From assembly GCA_964016885.1 (NCBI GenBank), contig OZ024741.1, forward strand, positions 371,008,001 to 371,072,000: 64,000 bases of DNA. The letters run 5' to 3'. The stretch's first letter is position 1; each line of letters opens with the position of its first letter. Made by a program: the position numbers and the translations under genes. Below, piece by piece: positions 42,847 to 55,989 of the stretch. The notes under the pieces are model-generated. The model had not been told where the DNA came from and searched no databases. It saw only the letters and a program-made list of their open reading frames with translations. This DNA comes from Eledone cirrhosa (lineage: Eukaryota).

Positions 42847-43155
42847 ATAATATAAAACGAAAAATCAGTGATACATCTGAACTCAATTTATTGTGCGTTA
42901 CAATTGTTTCGCCGGCAGACAGCTTGAGACACGATCATTGTGTGGATCTGTCTGATTCTGGATTTGCAGGTTTGTCGGGCACTTCTAATAACTTCGGATC
43001 AAATTTTCTCACGTGTCTCGAGCTGTCTGCCGGCGAAACAATTGTAACGCACAATAAATTGAGTTCAGATGTATCACTGATTTTTCGTTTAATATTATAT
43101 CACACTCTGCTCTGTAATAACATAGAGTGCTCAACCAGCATACCGCCTATGGAAG
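42847..43155. mobile_element. PLE pLTR remnant with about 87-bp inverted arms
   Basis: Arms 42847-42933 / 43012-43099 including GAAA-CAATTG-TA; family of 7660-7935. Confidence 0.75.
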
Positions 43156-43184
43156 CTTCTTAGCTACCATCAGACACATATATA

Positions 43185-43320
<136 letters not shown>

Positions 43321-43321
43321 G

Positions 43322-43361
<40 letters not shown>

Positions 43362-43519
43362 ATACTTTGGGAGGGTCATGTTGCCAATAAGAAACACACG
43401 CACCAGTTGCTTTCACTTCAATTTATTATATATTTATAAATTTATAAATTTACAAATCTACAAATTTATAAATTTCTGGTTGGTTGGTTGGTTCCACAAC
43501 CAGATAGTTGTTTATATAT

Positions 43520-43564
43520 AGTCATAGTCCTTTCGTCACACACTCTGTGACCTCTTCAGTGACT
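43520..43564 (-). ncRNA. Minimal hammerhead motif (inverted copy)
   Basis: Reverse complement of 43711-43755. Confidence 0.8.
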
Positions 43565-43710
43565 GGGGATTCCTTTATTTGTTTCTGTGCCTTTCCTTTC
43601 TTCTGTCCTACGCCATTTTGTTTCTCTTTGTACAGCGAGAGCGTACAAAAGAAACAAAATGGCGTAGGACAGAAGAAAGGAAAGGCACAGAAACAAATAA
43701 AGGAATCCCC

Positions 43711-43755
43711 AGTCACTGAAGAGGTCACAGAGTGTGTGACGAAAGGACTATGACT
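43711..43755 (+). ncRNA. Minimal type I hammerhead ribozyme motif
   Basis: Stem I agtca/tgact, CTGAAGA, stem II gtcaca-gagtg-tgtgac, GAAA, GGAC, TA. Confidence 0.82.
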
Positions 43756-44027
43756 ATATATAAACAACTATCTGGTTGTGGAACCAACCAACCAACCAGA
43801 AATTTATGAGTTTGTAGATTTGTAAATTTATAAATTTATACATATATAATAAATTGAAGTGAAAGCAACTGGTGCGTGTGTTTCTTATTGGCAACATGAC
43901 CCTCCCAAAGTATAACAATATCGGTTTCAACACACGATTTCAGATAAAGAATCTTGCTAAACAAATTCAGAAACGAAATATATATATATATTGTTAAACT
44001 AAACCTCGCAAAACTAATTCATCGCCG

Positions 44028-44118
<91 letters not shown>

Positions 44119-44119
44119 C

Positions 44120-45133
44120 TCTATATATAATCTCTATATAAAATTCTTTGTCTCTCTGTCTGTCTGCCTGTCTGTCTTTTCCTATGCATTCTCAAACGGC
44201 TGGACCAAATCAAATCAAATTTTACAAGTATAGTATTAGACTCCCGGGAGTGTCAACGTGTAATTTTTATTTTCATTTGGATTTAAAAAATATGTTATCT
44301 AAAATAACATTCCGATAGTGAACTATAGTAAAACACCACCACCACCACCACCACGAGGAGTCACATTTTGTATATGAGTGTGTATGTGTCTGTGAGTGGG
44401 TTTGCGAGTTCGTTACTATGTAAGTTGCATAGACATTATCTTCACACACAGACAATCAAACACGCACACACATCTACACATACCGATACATATGTGATGA
44501 CAGACAGGTGTGCATGAATGTATGTCTGTGTATATCTGTCTTAGATTATGTATGTGAATGTATGTGAGAGTGTGTGTGAGTGTATGTGAGAGTGTATGTG
44601 TGTGTGGGTGTATGTGTGTATGAGTGTATGTGAGAGTGTTTGTGTGTGAGTGTATGTGTAATAATTTTTATTTTTATTTGCATTAAAACAATAGAAAACA
44701 ACACGACGTCACATTTTGTATATGAATATATATGTATCTGTAAGTGTCTGTGTGTGCGTTCATTAGGTACGTGATGAAATACACACACACATCTACACAG
44801 CAACTGACCAAAAATGAGGTGAAAAGCTATGCGTGTGTATGCGTGAATGTATGTCTGTGTGTGTCTGTCTTAGTATATGTATATGAGAGTGTATGTGTGT
44901 GAGCAACAATTTATTCATTTGGACACCAACAAAATATTACACAATGAATATTGTTTAACCTAAGGTGCTTCAAGACTGACAGATTTTCATTTCTAAATTC
45001 TATTATCATTACAATTTTCATATTTTAAAAATAAAATATAGATATTTTGAAATAATTACGAGAAAAAAAACATATCTTCATATTTATTGTTGGTAACAGA
45101 AGTAACCCGGGCAACGCCGGGTAATTCAGCTAG
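44120..45133 (+). mobile_element. Complete non-autonomous Helitron in (TA)n
   Basis: 5' TCTATATATAA..(GTCT)n; 3' hairpin CCCGGGCAACGCCGGG then CTAG|T. Confidence 0.8.
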
Positions 45134-45170
<37 letters not shown>

Positions 45171-45269
45171 CTTTATTAAGGTTGTATAGGGAGTCTTGTT
45201 TCGCTGGAGTCTTGCCTGTTTATGAGACAAGAGCACATACATACATACATACATACATACATACATACA

Positions 45270-45299
<30 letters not shown>

Positions 45300-45300
<1 letters not shown>

Positions 45301-45700
45301 TATAAGTCAGTAACAAAGAGGGAAGTGTGCTCTATGCGTATATGATGCAAAACAAGCGTACAGCGAGAGCGTACAAAAGAAATACAAGCCAAGCACTAAA
45401 TTTATAGGCAGAGCGCAAATATCAAAATTATAGCAGGAGAAAATACAACCAAAAATTCTTGAAAAAGTGTTTACAATGTTTCAGAGGACAAAACACAATT
45501 TAATCCATAAGATTGAACCCTATCAATATATGAATCAATAGGTCCACGTGTTATTAAGAGCGAATCATGGCCTGACTTCATCTTCAGAACGTGTAAATTA
45601 AAGCATTGTGAGGGATGGAATCCATCCTGCAAAACAGGATTGTCTAAAAACTGAAATGAGCATATCACTGCATAAGCATTACATAACAGGAATTATACCG
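45300..45700 (-). mobile_element. Possible PLE GIY-YIG C-terminal fragment and 3' UTR
   Basis: Peptide FNLHVL..LLITR..YIDRVQSYGLN resembles the PLE endonuclease terminus. Confidence 0.35.
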
Positions 45701-45856
45701 ATCTCCGATTGCAGCTATGTCAGCATAGCATTGTTTTTAAAAAGCTGTTATTGTTAAAATCTCCTTTGTAGAAACATGACAAATGTTCTGCGGCCAATGA
45801 CCCTTATACAAAAAATAAATAAATAAATAAAAAGCAAAAACAAAAACGGGCAGTGT

Positions 45857-46044
45857 CAGACCTATCAACTCTCCTCGTCCGACGGGGAGATCTCCCACCC
45901 ACTTTGGAGCGGGTGAGAGATGTCTTCTCTTGTGAAAATGGGTATAGCTTTCATTATGTAAAATCTCCCCCATTTTGTCTCATTTCTCCCCGTTTTTTTA
46001 GGGCACTTTTTTTCATGGTACGATTTTAGAGGTTGGCAGGTCTG
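45857..46044. mobile_element. MITE
   Basis: TIR CAGACCTATCAAC / GTTGGCAGGTCTG; flanking direct repeat CAGTGT. Confidence 0.7.
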
Positions 46045-46659
46045 CAGTGTTCACCCGGTATGCGTGGTATATTTCAAATGCACCCTGCGGGCAAAATGGC
46101 GAAAACATTGTAGCGGAGAATGGCCAGTGTCACTCGCTGCAACCGCCGTCCTACTTTACGAGGCTCCTTCCTTGGGCAAGCTGCGCTCTTTCCGATTTTG
46201 CGGAGGAAAACTGCAGCCCGGGGACCAAGGACACCTGAGGTCTCGATGACAAGAATATTAATCGATCCAGTACTTGACAAGTCCTTCTATTTTATCCACC
46301 TCCAGCAGGAATATAACTCAAAACCTAAATGCAGCCCCACATGTCAATAATGTAAAAAAAAAGGATTAAATGTATTTTACAAACGTTCCATTGTAACCAT
46401 TTTAACCAATCAACACATTCATAATAATAGACAGGAAAAAAAAAAATACTCATGCATACAAATATATAAGTATGCATCACTTCTAGATGTTATTTGATAT
46501 CACAAACAAAACAGACATTTGTATAAGCAAAAATGTACAACTAATAAACACCAAAGGAATGTACAATTGCTAAATTCTATGACGTTTTAGAACTATTGTG
46601 GTGTTACTGAACAATGCAGAAGTTTGTAAAACTGTGTGTCTGAATCAGAAACCATTATT

Positions 46660-48030
46660 CGATGGATTGGCAGTATCGGTAAAGGGTCGGACGCCATGCT
46701 TTGACGCATAGAGTTACGGCCCTTGCCATTCTGAGTTCAAATCCCGCCGAGGTTAACTTTGCCTTTCATCCTTACGGGGTCGATAAAATAAAGTACCAGT
46801 AATACACTGGGTAATTGCTGGCCTTGTGCCAAAAGTAGAAACAATTATTATTATCATACGGCCATTTATGGTCTGAGTTCAAATCCCGGCGAGGTTAACT
46901 TTGCCTTTCATCCTTATGGGGTCGATAAAATAAAGTACCAGTAATGTACTGGGTAATTGCTGGCCTTGTGCCAAAAGTAGAAACAATTATTATCATCTCC
47001 ACCCGCATATGGCAGAATTAATAGAGCGTCGGACAAAATGCTTTGCGGCATAGAGTTACTGAACTTTATGTTCTAAGTTTAAAAGAAGCTGAGGCTAGCT
47101 TTGCCTTTCATCCTTACGAGGTCGATAAAATAAAGTACCAGTAATGCACTGGAGTCGATTTAATCGACTTTCCCCTCTCCCAAAATTGCTGGCCTTGTGC
47201 CTATAGTAGAAATCGATAAAGAAATTATTATTATTATCATAGATTGGTAGTATCGGTAGAGCGTCAGACACCGTGCTTTGCAGCATAGAGTTATGGCCCT
47301 TCACGTTCTGAATTCAAATCCCGCCGAGGTTAACTTTGCTTTTCATCCTTTCAGGGTTGATAAAATAAAGTACCAGTAATGCACTGGGGTAATTGCTGGC
47401 CTTGTGCCAAAAGTAGAAACAATTATCATCATCATAGAGGTGGCGGATTGACGGAGTTTAAACCTCGCCAAGATTAACTTTGCCTTTCATCCTTACGGGA
47501 TCGATAAAATAAAATACCAGTAATGCACTGGAGTAGATTTAATAGACTTTACCCTCCCTCAAAGTGTTGGCCTTGTGCCTAAATCAGAAGCCATTAGTAT
47601 TATCATCATAAAGGTGGTGGATTAACGGACATGTTAGAGTGTTGGAGAAATACTTAGCTCTTTACATTCTGAGTTCAAATCCTGCCGATTGGCTTTTCAC
47701 CCTTATGCAGGCGATAACATAAAGTATCATTAACACATTTAATCGACATTGCCCCTTCCCTTCAAATTGCTGACCTTGAGCCAAAAGTAGAAACGATTAT
47801 TATGTTGGTGTTCAAAGTTCTCAGTTTGGTGGATTGGCAGTATCGGTAGATCATTGGATAAAATACTTTGCAGTATTTATGACTTTCTGCATTCTGAGTT
47901 CAAATCCCGTCGAGATCAAATTTGCTTTTCATAATTCCGAAGTTGATACAATAATATACCAGGTTAGTAGTGGGGTCGATATAATTGACTTTCCCATTGC
48001 CCTAAATTGCTGGTCTCGAACTTAAATTAG
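46660..48030 (+). mobile_element. Head-to-tail array of about 7 SINE copies
   Basis: Repeated head/B-box/core/tail units starting at about 46660, 46858, 47008, 47240, 47437, 47610 and 47828, separated by (ATT)/(ATC) tails. Confidence 0.9.
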
Positions 48031-48154
48031 AAATCACAAATTAGAAAGAAAAAGAAAATTGAAATCATTATGTCTAAAATTCTGGAAAATTGTGGAAAAG
48101 TCTCGAATTCCACATACTATCGGAGATATTATGGCAAATGTAAGCCTATTGTGA

Positions 48155-48480
48155 TGGCAGAATCGTTAGCACGCCGGATAGAATGCTTTGCAGTATATGT
48201 TTCGGGTCTCTATTTTCTGAGTTCTAATCCCACCGAAATCAATTTTGCTTTACATCCATTCAAGGTCGAAAAAAAAATGTACCAGTCTAGTACTGGGGTC
48301 TATTCTTCCTCTATATCTCTTTCTCTCCCTCACTATGCTTCTCTGGAAGAAATCTGCTATATTCAAACCTTGAGAGAAAATGGGTTCCGCCGAGTTTTAA
48401 AATGCACTAGAAACACCGTGTGCCAATGCGGAGCCCCTATAACCACCTCAAGAGTTACGGGGCCATACATGCAAACCTAT
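48155..48480 (+). mobile_element. SINE with alternative extended tail
   Basis: Core then ttcttcct..gagagaaaatgggttccgcc..ttttaaaatgc..agaaac, shared with 53480-53760. Confidence 0.7.
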
Positions 48481-48635
48481 TATGAAGGTTATTCCTCTGA
48501 ATAAAAATATAGTAAAATGCTGTCTTTATGGGACTTCCGGGGATGTTGAAAAGACGATAACTTCAAAAATTAAATGTATCAGTTTCTATCTATCTGGATA
48601 GGTCCACGTTTAGAAGTTTTAACATTCTCATCTAT

Positions 48636-48884
48636 CTATCTATACACTACTAAAACTCTGTGATTGCTTGCTTGTTTGCTTGTCTGTAATGTACTACAGC
48701 CAAAAGGGCGCATAATGGGAAAATATTTTGAAAGGAAGTTGACTCTGAAATGGAAATACAAATGGAATAAAACAAGTTCGCGTAAATCGAAGCACGGCTT
48801 CCCGAGAAAATTATTTTCAAGTGAACATGATTTTTTTAAAATATTTTGAAGTGAACGTGACAAAATGGGTCACCGGTGGTCTAG
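48636..48884 (+). mobile_element. Small Helitron-like element
   Basis: TCTATAC start with (TTGC/TTTG)n; 3' GTGAC..GTCAC hairpin and CTAG|T. Confidence 0.45.
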
Positions 48885-49373
48885 TGAACTATAAAAATTA
48901 CTCTCCTGCCAGAAAAATTTATGTTGTTAATGAATTTCTCTTTGCAAGAGAGGTTAAATCTAAAACGATTTTCTTATGACTATTTGAATCGAAATAGCAT
49001 TCTTCTTATTAATATTACTATTTTGCTTCTATCTCAGTAAAACCTAGGTGTTGGTGTTAAACCGGACAATTGATTAAGTCTAACGTTGGAGTAGGTCAAA
49101 GCGGGATTTGAAATCAGAGGGCAAACAGATGAAATTCCTCAGTAAGAAGTGGTAAAAACGCAATTTTAAGTGAAAGAGAATGGAAATGCAGTGGATGAAA
49201 GAGAAAGAAAGACACCAGTAAGAGTGTTAATAGAAAATAGAGATATGTGGGGAGAGTACACACACACAATTATAGCAAATTTAGTCTTTGTTTATTTAGT
49301 CCTAGTTTAACTTTAAAAATACGTTCTAGTGAAAAGTAGAAAATATATGTCTGTGAGTGTATATATATATATG

Positions 49374-49436
<63 letters not shown>

Positions 49437-49609
49437 ATAATAATAAACTTGAAGACTAAAATCCAAAGAGGGCTCGATAAGGATAAATATATATCAAATA
49501 TATAAGAACCGTAGAGCAAATATTTATAAGATCCCGTTAAGGGTGAAAGCAGCGATTCTTTGCTTAAACTTTAATCTGTTATTTTAATAAATATATATAT
49601 ATGTGTGTG

Positions 49610-49674
<65 letters not shown>

Positions 49675-50317
49675 TAACTTCTGGTTGAGTGCTTAATTCG
49701 GTTTGTCTAAAGGAATTTCATTCCTTTGTCTCAAATTCTAATTCACCGCCAAAGCGGGGGTTACCTCCCTTGGAGAAAACCACGTGTCTATAGCGAAATT
49801 CACTGCTAGAACATACCCGCAGAGGCCAAAGAACACAAGACTTGCTGAAGAAGTAAATCCTTTGTTCTGTCGCCAAAAACCATTAACTTGCAGACCCCTG
49901 CAAACGGAATTTGTCGATCTTGGATTTGCAGAAACCTAGCGCTGATGTTGTGTGCTGTATGTGATGTATGTCGTGTGCTATACGATATGCATTATATATA
50001 TTGCATTTGGTCCCAGCTTTCTGTCCAGGTCAGTCTAAAATCTTTTCCTGAGTCCTGTATTTTCGTTGCTGTGGTAATGCGGCTGGACTGCCGATCGCTA
50101 TATTTTATTTGCTAAGCTGTCTAAACGTATTGTTATTACTCTGGGGTACCATTCCCATTCGAGTGCTAAAGCTAGATACCGAATCTGCATTCGTTAGCTT
50201 GGCTGCAAACTAAAGCTTCGTTAATGCTGTACTAAAATGTGTATATATATATGTATATAGGGGGGGGGTATGTATTTCCGTAGAAATGGTAAAGGAAAGA
50301 AGAGTGCTTTATATCTA

Positions 50318-50413
<96 letters not shown>

Positions 50414-50619
50414 CATTATATACACACTCACACACGCACACACACACATACACACATATATATATATATACGCTTAAATTCGGTGGTTCATAATGCTGGG
50501 TAGAATTGTTCTTTCCTCGAATAAATCATGATGTAATATTACGAAGGCACCCGACGTTATGCAACTCATTCATCTTTGATGTTGAATCATGTCGGTGGTG
50601 CGAGAACATATATATATAT

Positions 50620-51085
50620 GTATGTGTGTGTGTAAAAGGTAAACAGAAATAACAACACAATCGGTACAGTATATGGAAGGAATATATTAGTTTAACGTTT
50701 GAAATAGCAGGAAGAGGGTCTTAAAGTTTCGGACGCTAGTCCTTCATCAGAGAAAGAATGAAAAATTAGAAAGATTGAAGGTGAAATAAAAAAAATGTTT
50801 TTAGAGAAAAATAACAGGTCCATTCATGTTGCCATCTCTTGGAAAACTGTTGATGCTGGCATTTATAGAAAAGTGGATGATGGAGCGCGTCTATTTGAAA
50901 TGGAAAAAAAAAACAGTTTTGTATATAGAGCTATGTGTGTATGCGCGCGCGTGTGTGTGTTATTATATGTCCGTACGAAGCTAAGTGGATATGTGTGTGT
51001 ATAAACGTAAGTTTAAGAGTGTATGTATGTGTGTGCTTGTAAGTATGAAGCTGTGATCAAAAGTATGTTAATTCAAGGGAGTGTA
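50620..51085 (-). mobile_element. Solo pLTR of the 16390-18515 Penelope family
   Basis: Homologous to 16390-16880. Confidence 0.85.
50719..50753 (-). ncRNA. Minimal hammerhead motif
   Basis: tct-CTGATGA-aggac tagc gtcc-GAAA-CTT-TA-aga. Confidence 0.7.
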
Positions 51086-51086
51086 A

Positions 51087-51425
51087 TAATTGTTTCTACT
51101 ATTGGCACAAGGCCAGAAAATTACCCAGTACATTACTGGTACTTTATTTTATCGACCCCGTAAGGATGAAAGGCAAAGTTAACCTCTGTAATAATATCCG
51201 GACGATGTAACCGATGATGCCACCGTTTCTGGCTTATTATTGGTTGGTGGATTGGCAGTATCGGTAGAGGGTCGGACGCCATGCTTTCCAGCATAATTAC
51301 GTCCCTTAACGATCTGAGTTCAAATCCCGCCGAGGTTGACTTTGCCTTTCATCTTTACGGGGTCAATAAAATAAAGTACCAGTAATGCCAAAAAGTAGTA
51401 ATGCCAAAAAGTAGAAACAATTATT
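51087..51425. mobile_element. Two SINE copies (51087-51187 -, 51245-51425 +)
   Basis: Core, A-box and B-box motifs. Confidence 0.85.
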
Positions 51426-51754
51426 GGTTATCAAGACTACATATCTCCCCACCTTTGCAGAAGCTAAACTAAATTCTAATGGAATTCTGGTTATGTGATG
51501 ATGAAACTCATTTGCATACGGAGCGGTATCCGGCTCAACATCAATTAAAATGTTGTATGCTCATACATATGAATGTACGTATTGTTTATTTAATAATATA
51601 CAGGATGTTTATGAAAATCCTTTGGGAGGCCTTTCATAGCGAAAAACCTTCCGAATGTTTTTCATAAACTACCTGTATATTATTAGATATACAATACGTA
51701 CACTCATATGTATATCGCTGTGTTGGAACACCAATACGAATACTCGCACGCACA

Positions 51755-51856
<102 letters not shown>

Positions 51857-51859
51857 CAC

Positions 51860-52000
51860 ACATTGTTATACTTGGTTGGTTGGTTCGATAACCAGAAGGT
51901 TGTTTATATATTGTCAAAACTGTTTCATCACATATTCTGTGACATCCTCAGTGACTGGGTTTTTATTTTGTGTCTCTCCTGTCTTCTGTCCTACACCATC
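51860..52000 (-). mobile_element. PLE pLTR remnant with hammerhead-like motif (51913-51955)
   Basis: Minus strand gtca-CTGAGGA-tgtcaca..tgtgat-GAAA-cagt-TT-tgac. Confidence 0.65.
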
Positions 52001-52133
52001 TTGTTGGTGTAGGACAGAAGATGTTGCTGCTCGTGGTGTGGGTGGGAATACCTATGGCCCGCACAACTATTAAGGCCAACCAGACAGCCGCCTAGGGCGC
52101 AAATCTCAGAGAGACGCATTCCAAACCTTAAAG

Positions 52134-52296
52134 CAGGCATGGACAAACCTTTTGGAGCAGTGGGCCGCATAGGATGCGGATCTTCATAAGGCGGGCTGCA
52201 CTACTAACAAATTCAGGCAATTTTGAAATTAGACGTGCCATTCAGAAAGCCAAACGGGCCACATGCAGCTCGTGAGACGCAGTTTGCCCATGACTG
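52134..52296. mobile_element. hAT MITE
   Basis: TIR CAGGCATGGACAAAC / GTTTGCCCATGACTG; perfect 8-bp TSD CCTTAAAG. Confidence 0.9.
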
Positions 52297-52789
52297 CCTT
52301 AAAGGTTTACAGTTTTATATATAAACGTGTATAATTGAATTAAAATAGATAATTTCCTGCTATCAATAGATAAATCTCTGAACATGTTAGTCGTATAGGA
52401 ACGTTGTGGAAATGTCCAACGTGGCGAAGAGGGTTGTATGGAGTTATGATTTCATGCGAATAAGTGTGGATTGTGTAGTGGAAAATGCAGGCTTGGTAAT
52501 TTTCTTAGTAATGTCAAAGCAAGAAGTATGAAAAACTAGGTTCATCACCTTACTAAATTGTAAGTTGAAATTATTTTATTTGGAAAAACAGGTCATATAA
52601 GTGGAAGAAGGGAACAAACATTAAAGATTTTTATTTAAATAGGCAGTTGCTTTGTTTCATAGAACCAGAGGGCGGTTTTGGAGGGGTTGGTATCAAAAGG
52701 GTTACTTAAAATTTGTTTAGTATTGATTATTTATACAAATCAATTTCTCGTAAATCAATTTTGTTATGAAATTGAATTAAATTAGGATA

Positions 52790-52853
52790 CGAGGGCAATC
52801 GCAAAAGTAAGGTCCCCATCGTTTTGGAGACCTTACTTTTGGGATTGCCCTCG
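52790..52853. mobile_element. 64-bp palindromic mariner MITE (MADE-like)
   Basis: TA|CGAGGGCAATCGCAAAAGTAAGGTC .. GACCTTACTTTTGGGATTGCCCTCG|TA. Confidence 0.85.
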
Positions 52854-53479
52854 TATAATTGTGATAACTGGAGATTATTTTACGTGTAAAATTAATGAAG
52901 ATCGTTTCTTTAGGCAAAGTTGTGAAAACTGATTTTTATTGTAGTTATTTGAAATAGCCAAACGTGATTTTTATATGAAAAAAAGTGATAGATAAAATGC
53001 AAACCTCCGGCCCAAATCAAACTTTGGTGTTCGCGTTGACGAAAGGGAGATGCTTCAGAAGATTTCTTATTGGTTACTCTAATTCGTAATAATTCTACGA
53101 CGGACTCTTGGATACATGATATATATACATACCATCGTAAATTTTCTAAATCTGAAGGCACACCATTGAAAAGTAGGGTAGGGAGTTGAAGGTGGGCGCT
53201 GTGTATATGAGATTGTAATTTGTAAGTATATTTTTAATTTAACTATTCCTTTCTACACAGAAGAACATAAAAGATTATTTTGATGCACTTCAGATATTAT
53301 TGTGTCCTCGTCAAAGTACAACTACCTTTCTGATGGGCACACAATAACAGTTGAAAATGTTTACACTTCAGAGTTCATTCTTTTCACAGCACCGGTGTTT
53401 AATACAAAAATGGTAGTTATCGGCATTATAAGTTTATTTTTAAAATCTTCAAATATTAATTATGTATTTAATTACGATA

Positions 53480-53760
53480 AGCGGCGTATTGGCAGACATG
53501 TTAGAACGTTGGGTAGAATAGTTGTGGTATTCGTTCCGGCTTTCTGCTCTGAGTTCAAATAACACCGAGATCAACCTTGCCTTTCATCCATTCCAGGTCG
53601 ATAAAAAAGTACCATTTTAATACTGGGGTCGATTCTTCCTCCCTCTCTCACTCCCTATCCTCTCTGTAATCAGACTTGGAGAGAAGATGGGCTCCGCCAG
53701 GTTTTAAAATGCCCAAGAAACGCCGTATGTCAACACGGCGCCCTACCACTCCATCAGAAG
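53480..53760 (+). mobile_element. SINE with alternative extended tail
   Basis: As 48155-48480. Confidence 0.7.
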
Positions 53761-53876
53761 CTATTTTGGTGAGATGGCTGACTGAATACGCAGGTGTGTT
53801 TCTTTACTCAATTTTTTTCCGTACCTGCTTCTTCTCACCCCTTTTCTTTATATTTAGTCTTTTATTTCTCATTGTA

Positions 53877-53912
53877 TCTTCTGATGAGGGAATATTATCC
53901 GAAACATTAAGA
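53877..53912 (+). ncRNA. Minimal hammerhead motif in a pLTR remnant (about 53840-53995)
   Basis: CTGATGA-ggga..tcc-GAAA-CAT-TA-aga; downstream sequence matches the pLTR at 16430-16480 and 50660-50720. Confidence 0.6.
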
Positions 53913-54462
53913 CTCTTTTTCTATTATTTCAAGCGTTAAACTAATATATTTCTTCATTGTACTTTGTCGTTTGCTTTGTTATTTCTTTTTACATACATAC
54001 ATATATACATACATACGTATATGCATACATACATACATACATACATACATACATACATACATACATACATACATACATACATACATACATACATACATAC
54101 ATACATACATACATACATGGTGGCTGAAAACTCTGCTAAGAGTATTGCAATCGCTTGTCAGATTATAGAGTTTGGTGCACTTTTAGGCTACGGTCAGCCA
54201 CACAAACCTGTAAAATATCCTGAACAAGCAATGGCTGTGCTTTGAAGGTTTTTTTAAGTAGGGAAAGGCCTTGCACTCGACCAATCCCACTCTCTGAGCA
54301 TCGAAAACACTACCCGAAAAGGAGAACTAGTCAACGGGTTTCTTTTTCAGAGTTTCCCTCCCCACCACCACATTTACACTCACACAGGTCAACACCCAAT
54401 CTATTTTTAGACTAAAGCCACTGACCGGCTAACATGGCTTCTTACTGGATTGAATGTGTGTT

Positions 54463-54496
<34 letters not shown>

Positions 54497-54628
54497 AAAT
54501 ATGTAGTTTAGAAAGCCACAACAATGCAGATAGGAAATCTCGAGGTAGGAAGTGAGTGAGAAATAGGAGAAAACTACATATTTTACATATTTCACAATGC
54601 TTCAAGCAAACTTTAACACCCTCTTATA

Positions 54629-54662
<34 letters not shown>

Positions 54663-54956
54663 GAAACATAATTTTGGTATGTTTATGTACATTTTTCTTC
54701 TAATTTTGATTTTGTACCTAATTGTTTATGGTTAGCTATATGTCTAATCAATTTCTACGGGCTATTAGAAATACTGGGTAAATCTTCTGTGGCTGTTGAT
54801 CGCGGATAAGATGGCTATCATTTATTTATCTATTGTTTCTTCATAGGTACATTTTAAACTTATACCTCATTTAATTGATTTTTGTGTGGTTAATTATGCT
54901 GATTGGGAGGAGAAATATTGTATATATTTTATCAAATGATTCTATGGACTTAGTTT

Positions 54957-54989
<33 letters not shown>

Positions 54990-55166
54990 TAAGGTTTTTG
55001 ATGTTCTATTGAGAGAATCGATTTTACTGAAAATATCGAATAATGTACACCATTTTACCAGGAAAAAAATACTGGTGCACCCCCACACACACACACACAC
55101 ATTATCACACACACATACACATATATACACATACACATACACACACGTACATTAACATACAAAGAG

Positions 55167-55232
<66 letters not shown>

Positions 55233-55882
55233 CTCCGTATAAGACAAGAGCTAAAAAATATCTTTAAACATGTTAAAATATCCCCCACACACTTACAGAC
55301 ACATTCCTACTGACCATCCCTCTACCACGAATTACTCTGCTACACACACACACACACACACACACTTGTCTTAATGGGCATTTGAACTGTCAACAGGCTG
55401 CGGTTCGCACACACATCCCTGCTGACCATTATCACAACAACGAACACTTTACTACTACTACTACACACACACACACACACACATATTTGTGGTGAAAGAG
55501 TTATTTCTCAGTCAGCCGACACAAACCTACATTTGGCGCAAAATCAATTTTTACATTCGCATGACCTCTACCGACCAATCAAAATTGTTTTGACCACAAG
55601 AATTTTTGCAACACGAATTGGCGCAAAACTTATTTTAATACCGCTGGAGCCACTTTTTTAACATAAAAACAGGTAGAATTGCCAAAACTAATCAGATCAG
55701 AGCAAACATCACGGACGCTCTATCTCAAAATTATTTTTGAAAAGCATTAGAAATGCGCAACCGGTAAAAATTAAAACCAAAACTGAATACTAACCAATAC
55801 AATTACTAATTCTCATTTATTCCTAATTAAACTATTTTTCACTGTGAACAATTTGTCAGCATTTTCTATTCCGTTTACCAAT
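54990..55882 (+). mobile_element. About 900-bp PLE-derived non-coding repeat, copy 2
   Basis: Highly similar to 21950-22882; hammerhead-like motif at 55734-55769. Confidence 0.8.
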
Positions 55883-55892
55883 ATATATATAT

Positions 55893-55989
<97 letters not shown>

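Larger units (their letters stand above)
43354..43980. mobile_element. Near-perfect 568-bp palindrome of a hammerhead-bearing pLTR in (TA)n
   Basis: 43354-43633 is the reverse complement of 43643-43921 with very few differences. Confidence 0.93.

Noticed and set aside
46660-46760. A-box and B-box sequences as tRNA genes
   Set aside because: No cloverleaf; they are SINE heads continuing into core and tail
52900-53420. Possible host exons in apparently unique sequence
   Set aside because: All frames checked hit stops quickly and no protein family was recognisable
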